This document shows positions 36,575 through 45,110 of a stretch of DNA of 45,308 bases, in pieces (position 1 is the stretch's first letter; every line of letters starts with the position of its first letter). Position numbers and translations under genes: made by a program. The notes under the pieces are model-generated. The model was not told the origin of the DNA. It was given only the letters and a program-made list of their open reading frames with translations, and searched no databases. The DNA comes from a virus (Duplodnaviria > Caudoviricetes), in the IMG/VR virus record IMGVR_UViG_3300037424_000558, positions 1-45,308 of that record. One strand, 5' to 3'.

Positions 36575-37057
36575 TTATGTCACCTTGCCCAACTGGTCTG
36601 CCATTGCGTCGGCGATTCCCTGGTAGGTTTTTGATCTCAATTTCCATCTGTCGGGAGACGGCGGCATTTTGTGTATTTTCGCCTCTCCATGTCCAAATTG
36701 CCACGGCTGAATAATTTGATCCGGTTTTCTATAAATTGTTGACATTATCGAGATTGGATTTTCAATCGCAATTTTTGAAATATTTGAATTTATTAATTTC
36801 ATAAAAAATTCGATTGCTTGTTTTTGTTCTTCTTTTTTATCTTTAAACCACCTCGCCCCGGAAACTGCCAAATGAGTGCAGGGCGGATGCGCGATCATTA
36901 AATCAAACCCATCATTAATAACATCAAAAACATCGCCTTGGTAATGGTTTCCTGGAGTTTCGGAAGGTAACAGATCACAACTCATTGCGTCGAATCCACG
37001 ACGAGTAAACGCATCCCTGACGGTTCCCGAAAACTCGCATGCTATCAATATTTTCAT
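36575..37057 (-). CDS. DNA cytosine methyltransferase-like protein (short)
   Basis: ILIACEFSG, SCDLLP, IAHPPCT (PC catalytic motif), IENP, QPWQFG, RSKTYQGIADAMA. Confidence 0.8.
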   Translation of the reverse strand: MKILIACEFSGTVRDAFTRRGFDAMSCDLLPSETPGNHYQGDVFDVINDGFDLMIAHPPCTHLAVSGARWFKDKKEEQKQAIEFFMKLINSNISKIAIENPISIMSTIYRKPDQIIQPWQFGHGEAKIHKMPPSPDRWKLRSKTYQGIADAMADQLGKVT

Positions 37058-37100
37058 TGAAAAGATGTACTACAAGCTACACATTATGTCAATCTTTTTT

Positions 37101-39143
37101 TTATTTACCGACACGCGCCACACCCGGCGGCTTCGCCGAAATTAACTCTTGCCTTGTCTCCCGTGCCAATTGTTCAAGCGCGTATTGCGTATTTATCTGA
37201 GCAATATGATCGACTCCGTATCCTTGCGCCTTGAAATATAACTGAATATCCCTTACATAATTTTCGAGATAAACATCGCCCGCGCAAAAATTATAGACCC
37301 GACAGTCTCCGGATTCGTTTCGTCGCCCGTACCCGTGGAAACTTCCATCCGATCTTTTTTCTTCAGCCGTCAGCATATCAAAATAATTATCGGGATAATC
37401 AGCCGGGAAATCCTGGAATCCGGGACGCTGCCACTGGCCATCCGTTCTGGGAACTTTTAAAAAACTGTATAACCGATTTTTATAGTAATTCGTTGAAATC
37501 TGATAATAAATATATTCCCCTGATCCTGTTTTTGTCGCCCGGAAACGCTTAATATTATCTGCTGTTTGCGTGTCACCGGATTCTTTTTTTCTTTTTTTCA
37601 GGGAGTTAAAACCTTTAATAGCAAAAACATTATTTCCCCAACGTTCTGCAAATCTAAAAACGGTGTCAAGGTGTTCGCCGTTATCGTCGATGTCGTCAGC
37701 ATTCCCGGCGTCAATAAATACCATCATGACATGGAAGATATGACCATCCGACCTACGATAATTTAAGCCTGTTCGATTTTCAGTTTTACCGTCCAACGCC
37801 CATTCATTTAGTTTTTCCCATGCGCCGGAAAACGGGTCGTCGATGTCGCCTTCGATACGGATATAGTCGATTGACCATGTACGATAACCGGAGCCATGAC
37901 CCAAAACTTCAAATTCTAAACGCGGTGGATTTTGCGGGTCTTTTTTTGATCCCCTTTGAACGTCAATGGCCATTGTCAGATATAAGACCCCGAAAGGAAC
38001 TTCGCCTGATTTTCTGGTTCCTCTGAGACTGATAACGTTTTCTAATTTCGGTCGTGACCCTGTGTCTTTAAACGGTCTACCCATTTTCAGATTTTCGTAT
38101 GTCTGTTTTTTTTCTGGGTCGTCTCTGGATTCATCGTATTCAGTGGCCATTTCAAACCATGAAATGAACGGGCTGTAGATTCCGTTAATGTGAAAACTCG
38201 CCGTGAACTCAGATTTTGAATGTCCTGTTGAAATCCATTTTGCGCCGTTCGATAATTGCAGCATCCAGTGTTTTTTTGACTCCGGGATTTCTCTATGACA
38301 ATGTTCGCAGACATAGACTATTGATTTTCGGTCTATTTTACCTTCATAATCAGTGTGCCAATGTAGTCCGTGTTTTTTCCCCTCTGAATGGTCGAGGGTC
38401 TGTAATTTTTTACAGAAAGGGCAAGGGACATAATAATATTCCTGAGTAGATAGCTGGAATAAGTCCCATATTATTGAGTCCTCATACGTTCCGGGAGTCG
38501 TGACCAACAACATTTTTTTCTGGTCTCCCCATGCTTGCATCCTTGCCCGTAAAATTCCAAGTGTTGCGCCCTCGTCTCCGAGTGTTCTTTTCCAGCGGGT
38601 TATCTCGTCACCGAAGACAATCCGTTTTGTGTCCGATGCAAGTGCGGCGGCTGACTGAGCAGACGCAAGGTCAATGTCCCCCCCGTCAAATTGCTTGGAA
38701 TACATCCGATCCCCTGAGCGTCTGGCGTTTTTATCGTCAGTTTGCGCCCTAAAAGTAATTCCAGATTCACGGGCAACAATTTCAATACGCTTTTCAAACC
38801 AAGTTCTTGCTTTTTCGGCGTTGGCCGTGACATATAGGATTTCAGATGGATGTTCAACAATATAATATTTTGCGACCGTATCAATTACCGTCGTTTTCCC
38901 GGTTTGCGCCGGAAACATTAAATAAATTTCCTGCATCCCTGATTGGGGGGACATTAACTCCATCGGCCTGATTAAGTATGGGGCGCGTTCGTGCGTAAAT
39001 CTTGCGCCCCGGAATGGGCCAGATGGGACGGTCATGGATTCTGCGTATTCCGGAATTGTACGATGACGCCTTTTAATCGGGCGTTTTTCGTATGATTCCC
39101 TGAGAAAGGATAGGTCGGTTTTTCGGGGAGAAATTGTTGTCAT
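37101..39143 (-). CDS. Terminase large subunit (GpA family)
   Basis: PYL, AQTGKT, DE, TP, YYVPCPFC, YVCEHC, FHINGIYSPF.SW, AIDVQ, IDAG, NESGDC.VY motifs. Confidence 0.95.
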   Translation of the reverse strand: MTTISPRKTDLSFLRESYEKRPIKRRHRTIPEYAESMTVPSGPFRGARFTHERAPYLIRPMELMSPQSGMQEIYLMFPAQTGKTTVIDTVAKYYIVEHPSEILYVTANAEKARTWFEKRIEIVARESGITFRAQTDDKNARRSGDRMYSKQFDGGDIDLASAQSAAALASDTKRIVFGDEITRWKRTLGDEGATLGILRARMQAWGDQKKMLLVTTPGTYEDSIIWDLFQLSTQEYYYVPCPFCKKLQTLDHSEGKKHGLHWHTDYEGKIDRKSIVYVCEHCHREIPESKKHWMLQLSNGAKWISTGHSKSEFTASFHINGIYSPFISWFEMATEYDESRDDPEKKQTYENLKMGRPFKDTGSRPKLENVISLRGTRKSGEVPFGVLYLTMAIDVQRGSKKDPQNPPRLEFEVLGHGSGYRTWSIDYIRIEGDIDDPFSGAWEKLNEWALDGKTENRTGLNYRRSDGHIFHVMMVFIDAGNADDIDDNGEHLDTVFRFAERWGNNVFAIKGFNSLKKRKKESGDTQTADNIKRFRATKTGSGEYIYYQISTNYYKNRLYSFLKVPRTDGQWQRPGFQDFPADYPDNYFDMLTAEEKRSDGSFHGYGRRNESGDCRVYNFCAGDVYLENYVRDIQLYFKAQGYGVDHIAQINTQYALEQLARETRQELISAKPPGVARVGK

Positions 39144-39148
39144 AGGAA

Positions 39149-39430
39149 TTACTGACCGAACATACTAAGCGTCAAATCATCAACCTTCTTTTTCCGTTTT
39201 TTAACAACTTCCATAATTTCCTTTTCCCCGCCGCCAGATTTTAGGATTCCAGAGATTTCAATAATAAAATCTTTATCCTTCAGCAATTCTTTCATAATCT
39301 CCCTGATTTCTGCCCGGTCGATCCGGGATTCAACCGCCGGGCTGTGATTGTTTTTCTGGTTGGTCGGGGTCATAAGGTTCTGGTTCACTGACTGGCCGGG
39401 GTTCTGGTTTCCAGTCGACACCGTGTTCAC
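39149..39430 (-). CDS. Hypothetical protein (start uncertain, may begin at MKELL)
   Basis: ORF fills the gap before the terminase; 5' part overlaps the neighbour; GGGAG precedes an internal ATG. Confidence 0.4.
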   Translation of the reverse strand: MNTVSTGNQNPGQSVNQNLMTPTNQKNNHSPAVESRIDRAEIREIMKELLKDKDFIIEISGILKSGGGEKEIMEVVKKRKKKVDDLTLSMFGQ

Positions 39431-40013
39431 CGGGATAATCTACAGCTTTTCCCTTCCATTTAACAATATCCGGGGCATCGAGCTTCTCTTTTATCGGTTT
39501 AACATCCAAATCCTTTCTGAAAATTGCTTTTATCGGTTTAACATCCAAATCCTTTCTGAAAATTGCTTGCACCGTTACACCTGCCAGACCCATAAGAGGG
39601 ATCGGAATAGCCGCCCACAATACCCACGCGATTTTCAGGGCGTCAAGACCCTTGACAATATCCCACGTCATCTCCCGGCCTGTTTTATCGGCCATGTTTG
39701 TAATTGCATACAGCATATTTCCGGATAAATTAATCAGGAAGAAAAAAATCAATATCCCGATTAAGAACCCCAAAACTGCATTTGATTTTTTCCGGCGTGT
39801 TAATAAATCGGCAACCCCGACCGCCGTTAAGACCTCGAAAACCTGTAAACCAGCGGCGGCAAACCAGACGCCAGTAAAAAACAGTTCCGATCTGTACGCA
39901 GACTTCTCGACCACGTTCAAGGCCGATGCGATATGATCGGCTGACAACATTAATACAAATATCGTCGCCGCCAATGTCCCATAATATTTAATTTGTGCTT
40001 GTGTTATTTTCAT
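39330..40013 (-). CDS. Four-TM membrane protein
   Basis: Four hydrophobic segments; AGGAG RBS; Pro-rich tail. Confidence 0.7.
   Translation of the reverse strand: MKITQAQIKYYGTLAATIFVLMLSADHIASALNVVEKSAYRSELFFTGVWFAAAGLQVFEVLTAVGVADLLTRRKKSNAVLGFLIGILIFFFLINLSGNMLYAITNMADKTGREMTWDIVKGLDALKIAWVLWAAIPIPLMGLAGVTVQAIFRKDLDVKPIKAIFRKDLDVKPIKEKLDAPDIVKWKGKAVDYPGEHGVDWKPEPRPVSEPEPYDPDQPEKQSQPGG
39488..39568. repeat. 39-bp perfect tandem duplication (in frame)
   Basis: cttttatcggtttaacatccaaatcctttctgaaaattg x2, encoding AIFRKDLDVKPIK twice. Confidence 0.95.
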
Positions 40014-40221
40014 CTTCTTTACTCCTAATTTGTGACTGCTCCCATATCATTGATAACTTGTGTAATGCTCCAATTTTATCTGATATAGAATCCGATTTTG
40101 ACATGTGCGTAAAATATCTTTTATCTTGTTCGCTTATTCTCATATTAATTAAATCAATATTATTTATTTCTATCGTTACTTTAATAGAATTATCTGGATC
40201 ACGTCGTTCTGAGTATTTCAT
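39988..40221 (-). CDS. Hypothetical protein
   Basis: 77-aa ORF coupled to the upstream stop (ATGA). Confidence 0.55.
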   Translation of the reverse strand: MKYSERRDPDNSIKVTIEINNIDLINMRISEQDKRYFTHMSKSDSISDKIGALHKLSMIWEQSQIRSKEDENNTSTN

Positions 40222-40859
40222 CCTTTTTGTTCCTCTTCAATTCGTTTAATCTCATCAACTATCCAATTCCGCGCGTCATCAATTTGCGCAAATACTGAGT
40301 CCTTCCATTTTGCCCGGTGTTCAGGTTTTAATCGCCCTGCGTCAACGATTAATTTTGATATATCGGCAAGAACGCTATCAGCCAGCCGCTCAAGGTTTGA
40401 ATGCAGTTTGTCAAGGTGCAAAAAAACCGTATAGACCTTTTCACGCTCTAGTAATTCCCCCCGACGCACGGCATTTTTTAAAGCTTTCTCTTCCGCCGCC
40501 TGTTCCTTTAAACGAACGTTGGCGATCATGTACTTTTCCGGCAATTCCGCAAGACTCGCCGGGTTGTCATTACTATCAACTTCGACGGGTTTGTTCTTGA
40601 CCGCCAATAACTCCGTTACATTTACATTCTTCTTTGACGTTTTACGGGTTGATACCCGAATTGACGCCTGACGCCCACGGTCAACTCCGGCGATATATGC
40701 CAGTGTCTTAGGGTGAGCGTCGTCCAGATTAAAGTATTCTGTTTTCCCCCTCTGAGATTCGCCGATTTCGCAGACAATTTTTCCAGCCTTGCAGGCACGG
40801 TTTACCGCTGTAATTGCAAGGTCATGATTTTTGGCGAAGGTGGAAACGGTAATAAGCAC
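40218..40859 (-). CDS. Terminase small subunit (Nu1-like)
   Basis: N-terminal wHTH-like segment and KEQAAEEKALKNAVRRGELLERE motif; upstream of GpA. Confidence 0.8.
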   Translation of the reverse strand: MLITVSTFAKNHDLAITAVNRACKAGKIVCEIGESQRGKTEYFNLDDAHPKTLAYIAGVDRGRQASIRVSTRKTSKKNVNVTELLAVKNKPVEVDSNDNPASLAELPEKYMIANVRLKEQAAEEKALKNAVRRGELLEREKVYTVFLHLDKLHSNLERLADSVLADISKLIVDAGRLKPEHRAKWKDSVFAQIDDARNWIVDEIKRIEEEQKG

Positions 40860-41324
40860 CGGTTTTACTCCCCCAATTCCTGTACAATCGCCTCACGTTC
40901 GGAATATCCGGCGTAAAAGTACTCTTGCCAGATAACGGCGGAGTCCGGTTCAAAATATAATCCGGCTGGATCGTAGCCAAATTCATTTTCTGCGATAAAT
41001 CGCAGGCGGTCAAAGTAATGTGTGAATCCATCCATTATCGACCGCCTCGCTTTTCCTTAACCCTTCCCAACCTATTCAATTCCGCAGGTTTCCAGATCCG
41101 TTCTTTAGCCGCTTCTTTTACGGCCTCCAGAAAAATCATGTCCACGTCGTGTTTAGTGCGTTGCTTGCCAGCTTTGTTTTCGTTCATAATTAATTATCGG
41201 ATTATGTCACTTTTCCTTTAGCGATTTTTTGAAAAGCCAGTGTTCCAAATATTTTCTTTCATATTGCCCAATATCCTGTCAATCTTTTTTTTACTTACTT
41301 TTGCCATCAATTTTTTATTTACGA

Positions 41325-41390
41325 CCTGCGAACTGTCGGGGTCGCGTTATTGAGCGCTCACTCACCCATGCCGGGGGTTCACAGTACCTT
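41325..41390 (-). other. Candidate cos/packaging site
   Basis: GC-rich intergenic island upstream of terS: minus strand AGGTACTGTG...TGAGCGCTCA...CGCGACCCCGAC, reminiscent of lambda cosQ/cosN. Confidence 0.45.
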
Positions 41391-41588
41391 TTAATATCTA
41401 AAATTAACAGTGGAATGTAAGTATCTATTAACATATTATCACACATATTAAAAGACATCTAATATATCAAGAAAATTAAATCCTTGGCATGTTTATGTTG
41501 TTGGTATCCTTGGGTATTACTTGCATTGTTATAACTCGGTACGTGGCAATGTAGGCGTGTTGCTGGGGATGTGACATAACAATCTATA

Positions 41589-42134
41589 TCAATAGACAGG
41601 CTTTATTTTAAATATATTCTGTGAACGCCGTTGTTCATACCCGATGCCATCTACTCTAATTATTGCCCCTTCGTATTTATTGGCTAAAAATTCCTGATAA
41701 TATTTGTCTATTTTTACCGGGCTTACAGTCTGATTTGCAATAATCTTAACTGATTGATTCTGAATAATTTTAGATAATAATTTAGATCGCTTAGAATATG
41801 ACTCATTACTCATGATAAAATCAAATACATGGAATTGTAAATCGGTGTTGCCTTTTTTTATGCCTGATTGTATTTTGGTTAAACTTAACCCATGCCTGTA
41901 TATTTCTCCGTCAATATATCTGGCGCTTATTTTTTTTGTGGCCTCCCGCAATGCCGCGTTAATGTGCGGCAATGTTTTTATTTCTTGACCTGATCTTGTG
42001 TATAACTTATTTTCCCGCTTATCATAAATCGCTCTCCAGCCGTCCAGTTTTGGTTGAATAAAAACGTATTTTTGTTTTCCGATAAAATCCGAAAAACTTG
42101 GATACTCTGAAATAAGCATTGGTTTAATGTCCAT
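41589..42134 (-). CDS. ATP-dependent DNA ligase adenylation domain only
   Basis: QPKLDGWR (motif I), DGEIY (III), FHVFD (IIIa), EGAIIR (IV), FKIK (V), then stop. Confidence 0.8.
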   Translation of the reverse strand: MDIKPMLISEYPSFSDFIGKQKYVFIQPKLDGWRAIYDKRENKLYTRSGQEIKTLPHINAALREATKKISARYIDGEIYRHGLSLTKIQSGIKKGNTDLQFHVFDFIMSNESYSKRSKLLSKIIQNQSVKIIANQTVSPVKIDKYYQEFLANKYEGAIIRVDGIGYEQRRSQNIFKIKPVY

Positions 42135-42184
42135 AAAAGTAATGTAATATTTGACCGGTATTTCGTCAACTAATATTTGACTTT

Positions 42185-42934
42185 TTATTTGTAATTTTTT
42201 AAGACATGGGAAATCTGTGATGCCCAAAGATTTTTCATATTCGCAGATTTAAAATATTGCTCTCGCGCCGGTTGCATCCATGGTTTTCTTTTTGGCTGAA
42301 CTCGTCTTGGATCAAAAGTTTGATGCCTGTTTATTACACCATTTTGCATTCTATAAGTCCCACGTTTATATTTTGACATTCTGCCTTTTAATCGGCCCCT
42401 AAACATCATGACTTTTGAGTCTGACATTTTATTTTTACGAAATGATTCAAGCATCGCAACCGTTCGTTGCTCTTTTGATCGACCAAGGTTTTTCCCGGAG
42501 AAATCCGAAAATGTAGTAAATTTTTGGTTTGATTTAAGTCTTGACCTGTTTTGAACTTGATTAGCCCATGATCCTTGTCTTGCTGAAAGAGTCTGAACCC
42601 TTTTACGTTTTGTTTGCTGTCCGGTTTCTTGTTCAATCCAACCGGAAAAAAAAGTTCCCTTGCCCGGCGTACCTCGTTGAATCGACCCTGTTTTTGATTC
42701 CATGTTTTGCAGTGGGACAATTCTCGTTTTTTCGACTCTCAGACTGGATTTTACGAACGCCGGATTTCGTACAGTAAGTTTATCGTTAATTTCGCGGATT
42801 GCTTGTTCACGGACTCCGAAAGCGAATGTGTTCAGCATTCCAGCGGCGGCTGGTAGGAATTTGCGTGGAGCCTGTTTGTAGAATTTTAATAACTGGTCTA
42901 ATTCTCGTTTATCGAGTTGGAACATTTCGGGCAT
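42185..42934 (-). CDS. Basic protein, possible gpZ-like tail completion/neck protein
   Basis: APRK...AAAGMLNTFAF...I...LTVR N-terminus and KPWMQPA C-terminal motif. Confidence 0.5.
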   Translation of the reverse strand: MPEMFQLDKRELDQLLKFYKQAPRKFLPAAAGMLNTFAFGVREQAIREINDKLTVRNPAFVKSSLRVEKTRIVPLQNMESKTGSIQRGTPGKGTFFSGWIEQETGQQTKRKRVQTLSARQGSWANQVQNRSRLKSNQKFTTFSDFSGKNLGRSKEQRTVAMLESFRKNKMSDSKVMMFRGRLKGRMSKYKRGTYRMQNGVINRHQTFDPRRVQPKRKPWMQPAREQYFKSANMKNLWASQISHVLKNYK

Positions 42935-42968
42935 ATCAGAGCAGATCAGACTGGATATGTCGTGTAAA

Positions 42969-42994
42969 TAAAAAAACCCGGATTTCTCCGGGTT
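42969..42994 (-). terminator. Rho-independent terminator-like hairpin
   Basis: AACCCGGA-4 nt-TCCGGGTT followed by a T-run on the minus strand. Confidence 0.55.
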
Positions 42995-43079
42995 AAAAAG
43001 TAAACAAGTAAAGTGTGAAAAAATCCCTGATACAACAGAGTTTAAATTATAATCTGGATATAACTTAATTTGTCAATTA

Positions 43080-43330
43080 AAATACCCAAAAAAACCCTAT
43101 TATATGCAAATAATAGTAAAATAATAGACTATATTAAGGAAGGAATACAAAAATAAGGGGTATTATTATTGTATTATATGTATTATATTATATATTATAT
43201 AATATATATTTATATATATACTGTATAAATTTTTATGATAATAACATAATAGTGCTAATAACGATAATTTTTAACGTGATACTTCCTTTATATGTGTTTG
43301 AAAAATTGTATTATCTCTATTATTGTTTAT
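43080..43330. other. Extremely AT-rich non-coding region, candidate replication origin/unwinding element
   Basis: Long (TA)/TATTA-rich run at about 43160-43260 between divergent transcription units. Confidence 0.4.
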
Positions 43331-43422
43331 GATGAATTATTATCAAATTTCTGAGGTAGTAAACGAATATTTGAATGGGTGATTGAGGACTGGAAATAAT
43401 AGCGGGTAATAAAAATAACCAA

Positions 43423-43446
43423 AGTAAGTAAAAAAATGATTGACAA
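43423..43446 (+). promoter_or_regulatory. Repeated early-type promoter element upstream of the cassette array
   Basis: 24-mer identical to 15132-15155 with TTGACA. Confidence 0.7.
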
Positions 43447-43491
43447 TATGAGTAAGATTTTAATTGTATTTTATTTCGAGGGTAAAATATT

Positions 43492-43671
43492 ATGAGAATT
43501 AAACACCCAGAAACACTATATGAATTAATAAAACATATAGAGACCAGTATACGATATGCTAAAGATAACGGCAAAAATATAGAAATTTTACTTGGTGAAA
43601 GTATTTATCCATTATTGGAAAATCTTAAAGAAGATTATGAATATTTGGAACTTGCAAAACAGAATGAATAA
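43492..43671 (+). CDS. Hypothetical protein, 59 aa (not in ORF track); first unit of array
   Basis: GAGGGT RBS; MRIKHPETLYELIKHIETSIRYAKDNG... Confidence 0.65.
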   Translation: MRIKHPETLYELIKHIETSIRYAKDNGKNIEILLGESIYPLLENLKEDYEYLELAKQNE

Positions 43672-43725
43672 TGACCAGAGCCGCCAAGGATGGCGGCGAT
43701 ATTGTAGATTAAACTGCATTATTGC

Positions 43726-43799
43726 ACCTAACGTTTGCGCATACACGAAGCCGCGAAGCGGTTTGGGTTTGTACTCAAACCGTGTATGCGCTGTTGTGC
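43726..43799 (+). repeat. attC-like recombination site A
   Basis: ACCTAAC-GTTT-GCGCATACACG(43737-43747)...CGTGTATGCGC(43781-43791)-T-GTTGTGC. Confidence 0.8.
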
Positions 43800-43840
43800 G
43801 AGGGAACGGGCTACAAAATTAAATTACATAGGAGAATATT

Positions 43841-44038
43841 ATGCTATTAGATTGCCCTGTCTGTTTCAAGAAGCCTCAAAAAATATTTGACAATGGTTTT
43901 CATGGGACAAAATCTTATACCTGTTGTGGAATTAAAAATATATTTGGAAAAGAATTTGAACCTGAAAGAAAAAGAGATTGGAATGAGGCTGCCTCAATTG
44001 TTAAATGTTTTATAGACAAAAATAAGTTGGAACGATGA
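43841..44038 (+). CDS. Small Cys-rich (zinc-ribbon) protein, cassette gene; Lar-like pattern
   Basis: AGGAG RBS; CPVC...TCC...WN motif. Confidence 0.6.
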   Translation: MLLDCPVCFKKPQKIFDNGFHGTKSYTCCGIKNIFGKEFEPERKRDWNEAASIVKCFIDKNKLER

Positions 44039-44053
44039 AACGCCCGTTCTTTC

Positions 44054-44152
44054 GCACAACGGTAAGATTACAAGACGTTTTTGCTTTTGCAAAAATGTGG
44101 TCGCCAGACCCGAGGCCACGCAGGTGGCCGGAGCTTGTAATCTTAGTTATGT
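44054..44152 (+). repeat. attC-like recombination site B
   Basis: GCACAAC-GG-TAAGATTACAAG(44063-44074)...CTTGTAATCTTA(44134-44145)-GTTATGT. Confidence 0.8.
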
Positions 44153-44216
44153 GCTGATTTTGCTCGGATATGATGCAAACACGAGGTTTGCGAAACACCA
44201 AAGATATAAAAAATAG

Positions 44217-44246
44217 TTGACGGTGTATGTATATTATTAATATATT
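44217..44246 (+). promoter_or_regulatory. Candidate internal promoter of the NARP1 unit
   Basis: TTGACG at 44217 followed by an AT-rich -10 region just before ATG 44253. Confidence 0.45.
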
Positions 44247-44252
44247 AAATAA

Positions 44253-45110
44253 ATGAGTTACGATATTAAAAAAACTATTATAAATCTTGATGAGAATTTT
44301 GCCCCTTATGGGGATGGTATTCCATACCAAAAATTTATGTTCCCAAGCAGATGCGAAGATCACGTAAAGTTGTCGAAAATAAATGGCAATGAAGTTATAA
44401 TCACTACACGGATAAAATCATCTGACGATATTATTTTTCTGTTATTGGCGACCGATGCAATACGCAGGATGGGCATAAAAAGCATTGAAGTATTTATCCC
44501 CTATTTCCCTTATGCCAGGCAGGACAGAATAATGGTTGAGGGCGAACCTTTCTCACTAAAGGTATTTTCGGATTTAATCAATTCACAGGACTATGAGAAT
44601 GTTACCATTTACGATGTTCATTCCGATGTTGCAACCGCATTAATAGGCAACGTAAAGCCGATTTCTAATCATGCATTTGTAAAATCAGTATTGCATGGTA
44701 AAGAAAATTACTTAATTGTTTCGCCAGATGCTGGAGCGTATAAAAAAATATTTAACTTATGTTCGTCAATTGAATATAAAGATGAAATAATATTATGCAA
44801 TAAATACCGGGATGCTTCTACCGGAAACATTAAACGTATAGATTGCGAGATATACAATTTTAAAAACAAGGATTTATTTATAGTTGATGACATTTGTGAT
44901 GGCGGGGCAACTTTTAACATGATTGCCGATGAGTTCAGAAAACGTGGAACGTGCGGGGAAATTAATCTAATAGTTTCGCACGGGATATTTTCAAAAGGTT
45001 TGGATGTATTTCCGAACATTGATAATATTTATACCACGAATTCTTTTTGCGACATTGCGCCACACAACAAATTGACACAGATAAATCTAAAAGGAGAATT
45101 ATTAAAATGA
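44253..45110 (+). CDS. Ribose-phosphate pyrophosphokinase-family protein (Adps-like, NARP1)
   Basis: IPYFPYARQDR, DVHS, VSPDAGA, IVDDICDGGATF, VSHGIFSKG, TTNS motifs; ATGA-coupled to the Nampt-like gene. Confidence 0.92.
   Translation: MSYDIKKTIINLDENFAPYGDGIPYQKFMFPSRCEDHVKLSKINGNEVIITTRIKSSDDIIFLLLATDAIRRMGIKSIEVFIPYFPYARQDRIMVEGEPFSLKVFSDLINSQDYENVTIYDVHSDVATALIGNVKPISNHAFVKSVLHGKENYLIVSPDAGAYKKIFNLCSSIEYKDEIILCNKYRDASTGNIKRIDCEIYNFKNKDLFIVDDICDGGATFNMIADEFRKRGTCGEINLIVSHGIFSKGLDVFPNIDNIYTTNSFCDIAPHNKLTQINLKGELLK

Noticed and set aside
16949-41420. Numerous plus-strand ORFs of 60-165 aa within the structural module
   Set aside because: They are antisense shadows of well-supported minus-strand genes, with no RBS or motifs.
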